In this document: positions 1 to 7,878 of the stretch, piece after piece
Numbering within the stretch: the stretch's first letter is position 1
Layout: every line of letters starts with the position of its first letter
Assembly (NCBI GenBank): GCA_016182725.1
Contig: JACPFZ010000026.1
Span: forward strand, 1 to 52,648
Length of the DNA: 52,648 nt
Origin: Candidatus Gottesmanbacteria bacterium
GTDB taxonomy: Bacteria > Patescibacteriota > Microgenomatia > UBA10105 > UBA927
Direction: 5' to 3'
Made by a program: the position numbers and the translations under genes
Notes under the pieces: generated by a model
Databases searched by the model: none
What the model was told of the DNA's origin: nothing
What the model saw: the letters and a program-made list of their open reading frames with translations, nothing else

Positions 1-66
1 CAAGTCCGCCAAACAAGCCGAGTAGACTTCGCCCAAATGCCATAATCCGACAACGCCGATTTTCAT
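1..66 (-). CDS. Nucleotide-sugar dehydrogenase-like protein, N-terminal 22 codons only (gene runs off the left edge)
   Basis: Reverse complement of 1-66 starts with ATG and reads MKIGVVGLWHLGEVYSACLADL. This is a Rossmann GxGxxG-type N-terminus like the UDP-glucose/GDP-mannose dehydrogenase family. It is too short to appear in the ORF track. Confidence 0.4.
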   Translation of the reverse strand, partial: MKIGVVGLWHLGEVYSACLADL

Positions 67-120
67 ATTGTGTTCATATTTTCCGTCCTAACGGCCTATA
101 TTGCAAGTGGAAACTGAAAT

Positions 121-1122
121 ATGTATGATAGGGGCATGATTTTTGTCAGAGCGCCATTCCGCATTCCTCTTGGCGGAGGCGGAACAGATCTTCCATCGTA
201 CTATTCCAAATTCGGCGGCGCGCTTATTTCAGCCGCTATCAACCGTTACATGTTTATAACAGTCAATAGACCGCTTGTTGACAGGTTGATACGGGTTAAA
301 TACACACAAACGGAAATTGTCGATGATGTCAAAAAAATAAAGCACGAATTAGTCAGAGAGGCCCTGCGGTTAACACATATCAAAGATTCTATCGAAATTA
401 ATTCGGTTAGTGATCTTCCTGCAGGGACAGGCATGGGTTCTTCAGGAAGCTACTTGGTAGCTTTACTCAAAGCCCTGCACACGCTCAAGAACGAACACCT
501 TTCTGCCAAAGATTTGGCCGAGGAAGCATGCAACATTGAGATAGAAAGGTTACAAAGGCCGGTTGGCAAGCAGGATCAGTATATGGCAGCATATGGGGGC
601 ATCACCAAGCTTACCATAAGCAAACGTGGGCGAGTTGATGTAAAACGATTGACACTTCCGCAATTTTTTGTCAGAGAGTTGGAACATAGCTTACTCATTT
701 TTTATACGGGTATAGATCGGGAGGAAAAGCAAATACTAAAAAGGCAAAGTAGGGCAACCCACGAAAACAATAAAAAAGTGATAGAAAACCTGCATCGTAT
801 TACATCCATCGGGCACGCGATCGAACAAGCGTTGATAAAAAATGATATTAGCTCCTTTGGTACGCTCATGCACCAGCATTGGATGTCCAAACGCAATCTG
901 TCCTCTGCCATTAGTTCTTCCCGAATTGATTATCTGTATGAATTAGGGATAAAAAACGGTGCCTTAGGGGGTAAAATTATGGGAGCCGGAGGAGGGGGCT
1001 TTCTTCTGTTCTGCTGTCCCGATAAGAGAGACAAAATTAGAACAGAAATGGAGAAAGAGGGCTTGAGGGAGCTATTTTTTCATTTCGATATGGAAGGGGC
1101 AAAAGTCATTGCTGATCTTTAA
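121..1122 (+). CDS. GHMP-family sugar kinase (heptose-7-phosphate kinase HddA-like)
   Basis: 333-aa ORF with the GHMP ATP-binding motif PAGTGMGSSGS and a C-terminal GAGGGGF. The heptose specificity is guessed from the adjacent GmhA-/GmhB-like genes. The true start may be the Met at codon 6. Confidence 0.7.
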   Translation: MYDRGMIFVRAPFRIPLGGGGTDLPSYYSKFGGALISAAINRYMFITVNRPLVDRLIRVKYTQTEIVDDVKKIKHELVREALRLTHIKDSIEINSVSDLPAGTGMGSSGSYLVALLKALHTLKNEHLSAKDLAEEACNIEIERLQRPVGKQDQYMAAYGGITKLTISKRGRVDVKRLTLPQFFVRELEHSLLIFYTGIDREEKQILKRQSRATHENNKKVIENLHRITSIGHAIEQALIKNDISSFGTLMHQHWMSKRNLSSAISSSRIDYLYELGIKNGALGGKIMGAGGGGFLLFCCPDKRDKIRTEMEKEGLRELFFHFDMEGAKVIADL

Positions 1123-1152
1123 TTGACAAGAAGCTTGGGTAGGTATTATTAT
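1123..1152 (+). promoter_or_regulatory. Sigma70-like promoter abutting the gmhA-like start codon
   Basis: TTGACA at 1123-1128 and TATTAT at 1147-1152 (18-nt spacer). The ATG at 1160 lies only 7 nt after the -10 box. Confidence 0.4.
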
Positions 1153-1159
1153 TGGGCCC

Positions 1160-1801
1160 ATGGATTTCGAGAAATTTTCTTCGGACAAATACTTCGGGCT
1201 TATTGCAAAAAGCGCTCTGCATTTTATTGAATCTCATGACTATCAAAAGATAGTAACTATATTATTTGAGTGTTACAAAAGAGGGGGAACGGTGTTTACC
1301 ATGGGCTGTGGTGGCTCGGCTTCGACCGCAACACATTTTGCTGCTGATTTAGCCAAAACAACAATGGTCGGTGGAAAGTTTGGATTTAAGGCAATTTCGC
1401 TTGTTGACAATATTCCCCTTGTGAGTGCCTGGATCAATGATAAGGGATGGAGTTCTATTTTTGCAGGGCAACTTGAGCAGTGGATTACAAAAGACGACGT
1501 CTTGGTGGGATTTTCCGTGCATGGAGGAACGAAACAGGGAGACGAGGCAGGGCCTTGGTCGCAAAATTTGGTTGCTGCTATGAAGCTTGCCAAAGAAAGA
1601 AAAGCTAAAATTATCGGTTTTTGCGGATTTGACGGGGGCGCGATGAAAGAACTGGCTGATGCTGCAATAATAGTTCCAATACATTCCGAACCTTATGGAA
1701 CTCCCGCAATTGAGGCGATGCATATAGTACTGCATCATCCGATCATTTACGATTTAAAAGAAAGGATCAAAGGCCTCAATGGCAGAAAGAAAACCGCTTA
1801 A
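1160..1801 (+). CDS. gmhA: SIS-domain phosphoheptose isomerase-like protein
   Basis: 213-aa ORF with SIS signature GCGGSASTATHFAADL, followed by VGFSVHGGT and GFCGFDGG. The order of these motifs is collinear with GmhA-type isomerases. Confidence 0.6.
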   Translation: MDFEKFSSDKYFGLIAKSALHFIESHDYQKIVTILFECYKRGGTVFTMGCGGSASTATHFAADLAKTTMVGGKFGFKAISLVDNIPLVSAWINDKGWSSIFAGQLEQWITKDDVLVGFSVHGGTKQGDEAGPWSQNLVAAMKLAKERKAKIIGFCGFDGGAMKELADAAIIVPIHSEPYGTPAIEAMHIVLHHPIIYDLKERIKGLNGRKKTA

Positions 1802-2579
1802 TTCATCCGGTATTTTTTACGATTCAGCCAACCTTGAAGGTTTTAAGAAGTGGTTTGGTGCCCATATTCTGGGAGGTGCTACCACCAATCCGCTTCTCTT
1901 GCAAAGGGAAGGAATTTTTAATATTCCTGAACATATTGCAAGGATGGTGAACATAGCCGGAAAAAAGTTCCCCATATCCATTGAAATACCGGATTCCAAT
2001 ATGTCTCAGAACGACATGTTGAGTCTTGCAAGGAAATATACCAGAAGATTTCCGGGAAACGCGATTATTAAAGTCCCCATGGACCCAAGGGAGCCAGAGA
2101 AGGCTTTTGAGGTTATCTATGCATTAGGTCGGGAGGGGATCAGAGTAAACGCCACGTTGGGTCTGAGTATGGGACAATTAGTTGGCGCTGCTGAAGCTCT
2201 CCGCTTAAGCCGCGCTGATGGTGATAACTATATCAGTTTGTTTTGGGGAAGGCGTGATGAAGCGAAGGCTCAGAACATAAAACAGTTAATAAAAAGCGGT
2301 GTAAAAAGCAAAGTTGCAGGAGAGAAAGTTTCGGATGCTGCTTGCAGTTTATCTATGACATTAACATACCTTAAAACACATAACTTACCGGTTCGTGTGA
2401 TTGTTGGAAGCATCAGAGGTGTCGATCAAATCGAAAAAGCATTCTCTATCGGAGCGGATATTGTTACGATCCCGCCAAAATTGATTGAGGAATGGATGTT
2501 TACCCAAAGAGGAGTAGAGACGGTGGATGAGTTCAATAACGCGTATCTGAGTGTTAAGGATAAAATTACGCTGATTTGA
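1779..2579 (+). CDS. Transaldolase / fructose-6-phosphate aldolase family protein
   Basis: 266-aa ORF with FYDSANLE, GGATTNPLL and an IIKVP lysine strand, as in short transaldolase/FSA enzymes. It overlaps the upstream gene by 23 nt. Confidence 0.7.
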   Translation: MAERKPLNSSGIFYDSANLEGFKKWFGAHILGGATTNPLLLQREGIFNIPEHIARMVNIAGKKFPISIEIPDSNMSQNDMLSLARKYTRRFPGNAIIKVPMDPREPEKAFEVIYALGREGIRVNATLGLSMGQLVGAAEALRLSRADGDNYISLFWGRRDEAKAQNIKQLIKSGVKSKVAGEKVSDAACSLSMTLTYLKTHNLPVRVIVGSIRGVDQIEKAFSIGADIVTIPPKLIEEWMFTQRGVETVDEFNNAYLSVKDKITLI

Positions 2580-3174
2580 ATATGTTTTCTATGACGGGAA
2601 TGGCTTCTGAAATCTTCACTATTTTGTAATCTGTTTTTGCATATTTGGCTTCTTCTACTTTATGCTCTACATCTTCGTTGTGAATAAAAATAATTGTTTT
2701 GCACCCTGCACGTCTGCCGGCTTCGACATCATTGGCTTTGTCGCCCAGAAAAACACTTTTTTCCAGATCTATACGTAACTCCCTGGCAGCCTTAAGGAGC
2801 AGGCCGGGTTTTGGCTTTCTGCAGTCACATACCTTTTTAAGTTTGGAGACGATAGCTTGAGGGTGGTGGAAACAAATGTATGTGTTATCAATGACGGCAC
2901 CCTTTTCTCTGAGAAGTTGGTGAACTTTTCCCTCAATGGCATCGGAGGTTTTCTGCGACATGTTCCTTTTGGCGACTCCGGGCTGATTAGAAATCTCGAC
3001 TACCGGAATGTTCTGTTTGTTTGCCCACGAAATAACTTTTTCGATACCCTTTACGAGTTGTACATCTTGAGGTTTTTGCGGGCAGTCCCAACCGTGGGCA
3101 TATTTGATCATCCGATTTATGACCCCATCGCGGTCAATGTAAAGCGCTCCTCGTGCTCCCGGCACAATCTTCAT
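2566..3174 (-). CDS. gmhB: HAD-family phosphatase, D,D-heptose 1,7-bisphosphate phosphatase-like
   Basis: 202-aa ORF with HAD motif I DRDGVIN, CDCRKPKPGLL and GDKANDVEAG, as in the GmhB/histidinol-phosphatase subfamily. Confidence 0.65.
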   Translation of the reverse strand: MKIVPGARGALYIDRDGVINRMIKYAHGWDCPQKPQDVQLVKGIEKVISWANKQNIPVVEISNQPGVAKRNMSQKTSDAIEGKVHQLLREKGAVIDNTYICFHHPQAIVSKLKKVCDCRKPKPGLLLKAARELRIDLEKSVFLGDKANDVEAGRRAGCKTIIFIHNEDVEHKVEEAKYAKTDYKIVKISEAIPVIENIFKSA

Positions 3175-3282
3175 GGCACTTAGTTTTACATGGTAATCTG
3201 GAGAACGTCAAGATGTGTACAAAATGTGTACGAACTAGTGCCTAAAAGACATCGTTAAAGTAGTCAAGATTGACAATTGACA

Positions 3283-4266
3283 ATGCACATGGTTGACCGT
3301 ATCTTTGAATATAGTATGTTTTGGCGGACACTGCCGACACGAATGTGGTTGATGTGGCTCTGTTTGATGATCGGATTAGGTGCGACTTTTTATGGAGTCT
3401 TGAGTCTGGGGGCCAAAGCGACCATTGCCCAGCAGCTTCTGCATCGGCAGCAGATTCTGGCCAGGGCAGAGGGGAGTAATATCACGTCATACTTTCAGGT
3501 ATTCGGCGACGCGATTGCAGTGTTTGCGCAATTGGAAAGTACCAGGAGCCGCAACGTCAATGTCGTTAGGAATATGGATGCATTTGTCGAGCAGTGGCGC
3601 GACAGCGGTTTGGTCGGGGGAATCGTATTGACAGATAAACAGGGGGTCGTCCGGTTCAACTCCAACGTCTTGGGAACACGAGACATCGGTGCGTCTCTTG
3701 CCGACCGGGATTATTTTGTTTGGGCGAAAAACCAGAGCGGAGAGGGAGAATACTTCGTGGGTCAGCCGGTTGTCAGCCGACTGGGAGCAAGTAAAGACCA
3801 AGCGATCGTCGTCGTGGCCTCGCCGGTATTTCAACAGGGCGCCTTTACCGGTGTGTTGGCCGCCTCGGTGAAATTACAGCCATTAACCCAACGCTATTTG
3901 GAACTGCTGAAAGTCTCAGATTCGACCGATGTGTATCTTATAAATAAGAGCGGAGACCTATTGTACAGTCGTTCCGCCGCCGATGTAGGTGCACGTACGT
4001 TCAAACTTTTGAACGATGATACCGTTAAGCGTGCCGTCAACACAACAGGGGAGGGTACGCTAGAGACGGAGGAACACCTAATAGCCTATTCTTCGCTCTC
4101 ATTGCGCGATCAACACTGGCTGATCATCATGAGCACTCCTATCCAGACTGTCGTTTCTCTCACGACACCCATCTATATCCGGCAGTTGGCGATATTCCTC
4201 TTGGTGTCCTTGACCATTCTGCTGTTTGGGGTAGTAGCTGCCCGGCAACATCAGAAGAGTTTGTGA
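3283..4266 (+). CDS. Membrane protein with extracytoplasmic Cache-like sensor domain and no output domain
   Basis: The ORF track starts at TTG 3277; the first ATG is at 3283. It has an N-terminal TM helix, a ~250-aa external part containing ADRDYFVWAKN (Cache-type motif), and a C-terminal TM helix followed by only about 8 residues. Confidence 0.5.
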   Translation: MHMVDRIFEYSMFWRTLPTRMWLMWLCLMIGLGATFYGVLSLGAKATIAQQLLHRQQILARAEGSNITSYFQVFGDAIAVFAQLESTRSRNVNVVRNMDAFVEQWRDSGLVGGIVLTDKQGVVRFNSNVLGTRDIGASLADRDYFVWAKNQSGEGEYFVGQPVVSRLGASKDQAIVVVASPVFQQGAFTGVLAASVKLQPLTQRYLELLKVSDSTDVYLINKSGDLLYSRSAADVGARTFKLLNDDTVKRAVNTTGEGTLETEEHLIAYSSLSLRDQHWLIIMSTPIQTVVSLTTPIYIRQLAIFLLVSLTILLFGVVAARQHQKSL

Positions 4267-4883
4267 AAGTAGTCGTATTTGAGCCTTTGTCGGCCGGCCC
4301 AGTTGGCGGAAAATCCAGCATCCCCCTTCGTATAGCGGAAAGAATTTGTTTCTGTATCCTCTCTCATAATCATCCACGCGCCATCTTTGTTAATAAATCC
4401 GTAATACGAGATGATATCTTCGTCAATGTCGGAAATCCTGTATCCGTTCATGAGCACTGGTCCGGCCACTTCGGCTTCGCTTGCGGCTGGATTTTGGAGT
4501 GTATTCGGTATCCTTGCTACGGCTCTGTCGAAAAGCAACGCCTCAAGCCTTCTGCCCAAAATCGAAAGGACAAAAAATGAAAATCCGGCAGCTCCAATAA
4601 TCTTGAGAAATGTCCGCTTATCGATGTCTGCGATATCCACGGATTCCCTCTTAGCTTTATCCTTTTCTATTCTTAGTCTGAGATCCACTTTTGCCGGGAA
4701 GATACTTGCGATGGTCGGCGCTTTCCAGCGTGTACGCCGGAAGACATTGAAGCCGAAGTATGCAAGCGCAACATAGAGCACTACGGCGATAGCCAGCTGA
4801 CTGTAGCTCGTGGCAGTCATAAATGCCACGACTACGATCAGACTGGCAATGATAAAACTGGAATAGATGAAAATCTTTTTCAT
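4251..4883 (-). CDS. Hypothetical membrane protein
   Basis: 210-aa ORF with two N-terminal TM helices, then DKRTFLKIIGAAGFSFFVL (Tat-signal-like KR-x-FLK plus a hydrophobic stretch). Its start codon lies 1 nt after the stop of the RAYT-like gene, so the two likely form an operon. Confidence 0.5.
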   Translation of the reverse strand: MKKIFIYSSFIIASLIVVVAFMTATSYSQLAIAVVLYVALAYFGFNVFRRTRWKAPTIASIFPAKVDLRLRIEKDKAKRESVDIADIDKRTFLKIIGAAGFSFFVLSILGRRLEALLFDRAVARIPNTLQNPAASEAEVAGPVLMNGYRISDIDEDIISYYGFINKDGAWMIMREDTETNSFRYTKGDAGFSANWAGRQRLKYDYFHKLF

Positions 4884-4884
4884 G

Positions 4885-6066
4885 TTATTTTATATATGCT
4901 GCCGGTATAAAGCCTGTTCGGCCATCATACAGCTTGACTCCATACCACTCTGAATTAAAAGAAACGTATTCAAGAGTATCGCCATCTTTTGCTTCAGCGA
5001 CCTTTTTCGAATTGATCGTCGGTTTTTCGTGGATGTTCACCATCGCTGCCCCGTTATTCATTTTAACTGTCACTATTACTTTAGATTTTATTTCTTTGCT
5101 CTCTTCTGTTTTCGAGAGAACTGAGGGAGCGGATGTTGGGTTGGGAGTTTTGGTTTTGGAAGCTGTGACATTTCTTAATCCGAGCGTCAGCAGCAACGAA
5201 AATACGACCGCTGTCGCGAGTATTTCCGGTACCCTTTTGGTAGGATTCAGATACGGGTCTCGGTGTATCTCTTCAGAAGATACAATAGGCATGTCCGGAG
5301 GATAGTTTTTAAGATTTCTTTCAGGGCCTCTCCCTTCAAGGTGTTCAGGTTCGCTTTCAAAGGTGATTTTTTTCAGAGACTCCTGTTCCTCCTGGCTGAG
5401 TTCGTATTTCTCCATAAAGTCCCTATAGTTACCCGTTCCCTTTTTTGGTTTCACCCACGAAGTAGCTCTGGTGCCTACATATTCTGCGTACGATGAATGG
5501 TCAGCGGTACGATGGAGGTAGCGAGTGAGGAGGAGCAGGCGGGGCTCATCCCCGATGTGAACTGACTTATATGGGCCTTCGAAGAGCGTTCCGGTGCGTT
5601 GGTATTTTTTATTAAAATACATTGCGTATCGGGTACAGAGAGACCGTATAAACGTTTCGATGGAGCCGCGAGTTTTCTGATGCAAAAGCAAATGGAAACG
5701 GTCCGGCAGTAAGCTATACGCTATGAGTTCAACTTTGTTGAAGTAATTCTTCGGCTGATGGGGTATGCCTCGGAAAACGTTCCCGTTCACGGTAAAGGTT
5801 TTTTTGATACTTTTGGGATCGGCAGGAGGAGACAAATAGTCCTTCAGGAAGCCAAGAAAAACCTCGTAATCTTGGGCATCTCCGAAAATGATTTTCTTTT
5901 CAACTCCTTTATTATAAACGTGGGAATAAACCCCTTCTTCTTCTGTTCTGTAAAGATTTTTGGCAGGCATATATTTACAGTATCTTGAAAGAAGAAACTT
6001 TGCAAGTACCAATTTTGAAGCTAAATCACGACGAAACAAATTGTGTTCAAAAAATGAAGCTCCCAA
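4885..6066 (-). CDS. IS200/RAYT-like (Y1 transposase fold) domain fused to a TM helix and a C-terminal SH3b-like domain
   Basis: YSHVYNKGVEKKIIFGDAQDYEVFLGFL...IAYSLLPDRFHLLLH...YFNKKYQRTGTLFEGPYKSVHI...TRYLH matches the REP-associated/IS200-like tyrosine transposase pattern, but the HUH position reads R-F-H. A TM helix (ILATAVVFSLLLTLGL) follows, then GDTLEYVSFNSEWYGVKLYDGRTGFIPAAYIK. The real start is probably Met33 (coordinate 5970). Confidence 0.6.
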   Translation of the reverse strand: MGASFFEHNLFRRDLASKLVLAKFLLSRYCKYMPAKNLYRTEEEGVYSHVYNKGVEKKIIFGDAQDYEVFLGFLKDYLSPPADPKSIKKTFTVNGNVFRGIPHQPKNYFNKVELIAYSLLPDRFHLLLHQKTRGSIETFIRSLCTRYAMYFNKKYQRTGTLFEGPYKSVHIGDEPRLLLLTRYLHRTADHSSYAEYVGTRATSWVKPKKGTGNYRDFMEKYELSQEEQESLKKITFESEPEHLEGRGPERNLKNYPPDMPIVSSEEIHRDPYLNPTKRVPEILATAVVFSLLLTLGLRNVTASKTKTPNPTSAPSVLSKTEESKEIKSKVIVTVKMNNGAAMVNIHEKPTINSKKVAEAKDGDTLEYVSFNSEWYGVKLYDGRTGFIPAAYIK

Positions 6067-6128
6067 TGCTTCGGGAGGTATCAGATGGTAACGTAAAACA
6101 CAATTTCATTATTTCAAGAGAGTGAAAA

Positions 6129-6281
6129 CCATTCGCCGTGGCGAATGGATGAAACGCATAAAATATCAGGCCGAAGGCCTGCACAAGGCGAATCAAAAAA
6201 CCGCGAGCAAAAGTCGTCGGATTTTTATTTCGTCTGTTAACGGTGCGTTGAGAGCGAAACCAGGTACCAGACGGTACCTGG
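6129..6281 (-). other. Cluster of three GC-rich hairpins (candidate intrinsic terminators, sRNA 3' part, or REP-like sequences)
   Basis: Read on the minus strand: CCAGGTACC-GTCT-GGTACCTGG (6281-6260); CAGGCC-TTC-GGCCTG followed by ATATTTTAT (6181-6167); CCATTCGC-CACG-GCGAATGG followed by TTTTC (6148-6129). The U-tracts follow the stems only in the minus orientation. Confidence 0.4.
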
Positions 6282-6931
6282 CAAAACACAGACACCTCGA
6301 GGCATTTGTTGAGAGCTTGCAAGCATTCGCCTCTGTTTACGAAAGGGTAGGAGATGAGTTTTCTTTAGGAAATTGGAGCCGATAATGGAACTATTCCATG
6401 CAAATTTTTCTCAAATTATTATATAGGTCAATAATTTTCTCCTTCTTTTTTTATCGAACGTATGGTGTTTGCTGGATATTGAAACGGATTGTTCATATTT
6501 TGTACTCGGGAAATGAGGCTCTATAGTGACCTAAAATTGTCCAGTTCTTTCTCTATCGAGTGCATTTTCTTTGAGGAGGAGATTGAGAAAACTGAATAAG
6601 AAGTTTTCTTATAAGTCAAATGACTCTTACTATAAGCATTTTCGGCGAGACAAAAATCAAAAAAATCGGCATAGTAATTTTAACTACAGGTCTTGAATAT
6701 GTTTATATATGTTAAATATTCTTTGATAATGATACGCAGTGAATAGATGCTTTGTATCATAGATTAGCATTTTATGTTATGTTTTGTTGTGAATTGTTAA
6801 TTTCTCCTATAGTTTTTCAAATTAAAATCCTGTAGTTTGGTGAAGTGGAAGTTTGGATCGCTAAATCGCCTTTCTTTCGAATGCATCATTCAGCTTCGAT
6901 CTTTTCCGATCTTTTTTTCAAGGGTTTTTTA

Positions 6932-6940
6932 TGGTAGAAT
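6932..6940 (+). promoter_or_regulatory. Extended -10 promoter element (TGgTAGAAT) 9 nt upstream of an ATG
   Basis: TG at 6932-6933 and TAGAAT at 6935-6940. The ATG at 6950 implies a leaderless or near-leaderless transcript. Confidence 0.4.
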
Positions 6941-6949
6941 GGTATTCGT

Positions 6950-7636
6950 ATGAATCAAACGATACTCCTTCGGCGCATGGGCGGGAGAGCGAGGCTCGAG
7001 CAGTTCAAGCGATGCAAGAGCTCCGACGGCGGATGTATCCGATGGGGGAAACGCATGCGCGCTGAATTCATGGGACAGCGGGATCTTCTTATAATGGTTG
7101 CGCGTGCACTTAATGCGCACCGCGTCCCGTATCTTTTGTCTGGAAGTTTCGCGTCGTCATATTACGGATTTCCCCGGGCGACCCATGACATTGATTTTGT
7201 TGTAGAAGTTGACCGCCAACAACTCAAGCGTCTTGGGGCGGCGCTGAAACGATTAGGAAGAGGATTTGCGCTGGCGGCAAAGGAATTAGAACGCGTCTCG
7301 TCCCCGCAAATGATCAATAGTTATCATGCATAGACCGGTATCAAAATAGATTTTTGGATCACAGACGGAGAGGATTTTTCCGTAAAATACGCACGCCGCG
7401 GATTCATGACCATCGGCAAGACCCGCATAGCAGTGATCGCGCCCGAGGATTTGATCCTCACTAAACTTGCATGGTGTAAGGAGCTTCCTAGCGAGCGGCA
7501 CATGCAAGACTGCGCGGGTATTTGGCGTGTGCAGAAGGGGAAGCTCGATGAAGGGTATCTTCGTAGGTGCGCAGACGAGCTTGGGGTTGCTGATTTACTC
7601 CACGAAGTTACGACAATCACCATTCAACAAACGTAG
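6950..7636 (+). pseudogene. Nucleotidyltransferase-fold protein (MNT/DUF6036-like) interrupted by a single in-frame TAG
   Basis: ORFs 6950-7333 and 7406-7636 are in the same frame. Reading straight through TAG 7331-7333 gives continuous sense codons (..MINSYHA*TGIKIDFWITDGEDFSVKYARRGFMTIGK..). The N-terminal part carries LLSGSFASSYYGFPRATHDIDFVVEV and the C-terminal part carries IAVIAPEDLILTKLAW. Confidence 0.6.
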
Positions 7637-7695
7637 AACCTTGTCAAATCACTCCATACTGGAGGGATGTAGGTCGAAATTAGCTTGGAGATCAA

Positions 7696-7727
7696 AGGTG
7701 GCGATTTGCACCAGCAGGTGGCGATTT
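7696..7727 (+). repeat. 12-nt direct repeat AGGTGGCGATTT x2 with a 20-bp period
   Basis: AGGTGGCGATTT occurs at 7696-7707 and again at 7716-7727, in the spacer upstream of the LUD-domain gene. Confidence 0.6.
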
Positions 7728-7878
7728 TATGTATATTACCCGAGTAAAAAATGTACTCCAAGAAGATCGATTTTCTTTATCAATCGGTCTACAAGCAGTT
7801 TCATATACCACTGGTCTCATAACGATATAGTACAGAGTTGAAATCGAAAAGGAAATTTTATACACTAGAGCGAATACT

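Noticed and set aside
6047-6385. ORFs 6047-6322 (-) and 6122-6385 (+) in the large spacer
   Set aside because: They overlap each other on opposite strands, are built largely from the GC-rich hairpins, and lack an RBS or any motif. The region is better treated as non-coding RNA or structure.
6129-6400. RNase P RNA, tmRNA, SRP RNA or a T-box leader in the hairpin cluster
   Set aside because: No GGAAAGTCC (P4), no tRNA-like 3' end or tag ORF, no SRP domain IV GGAA/AGCA motif, and no T-box AGGGTGGNACCGCG sequence (only GGTACCG) was found.
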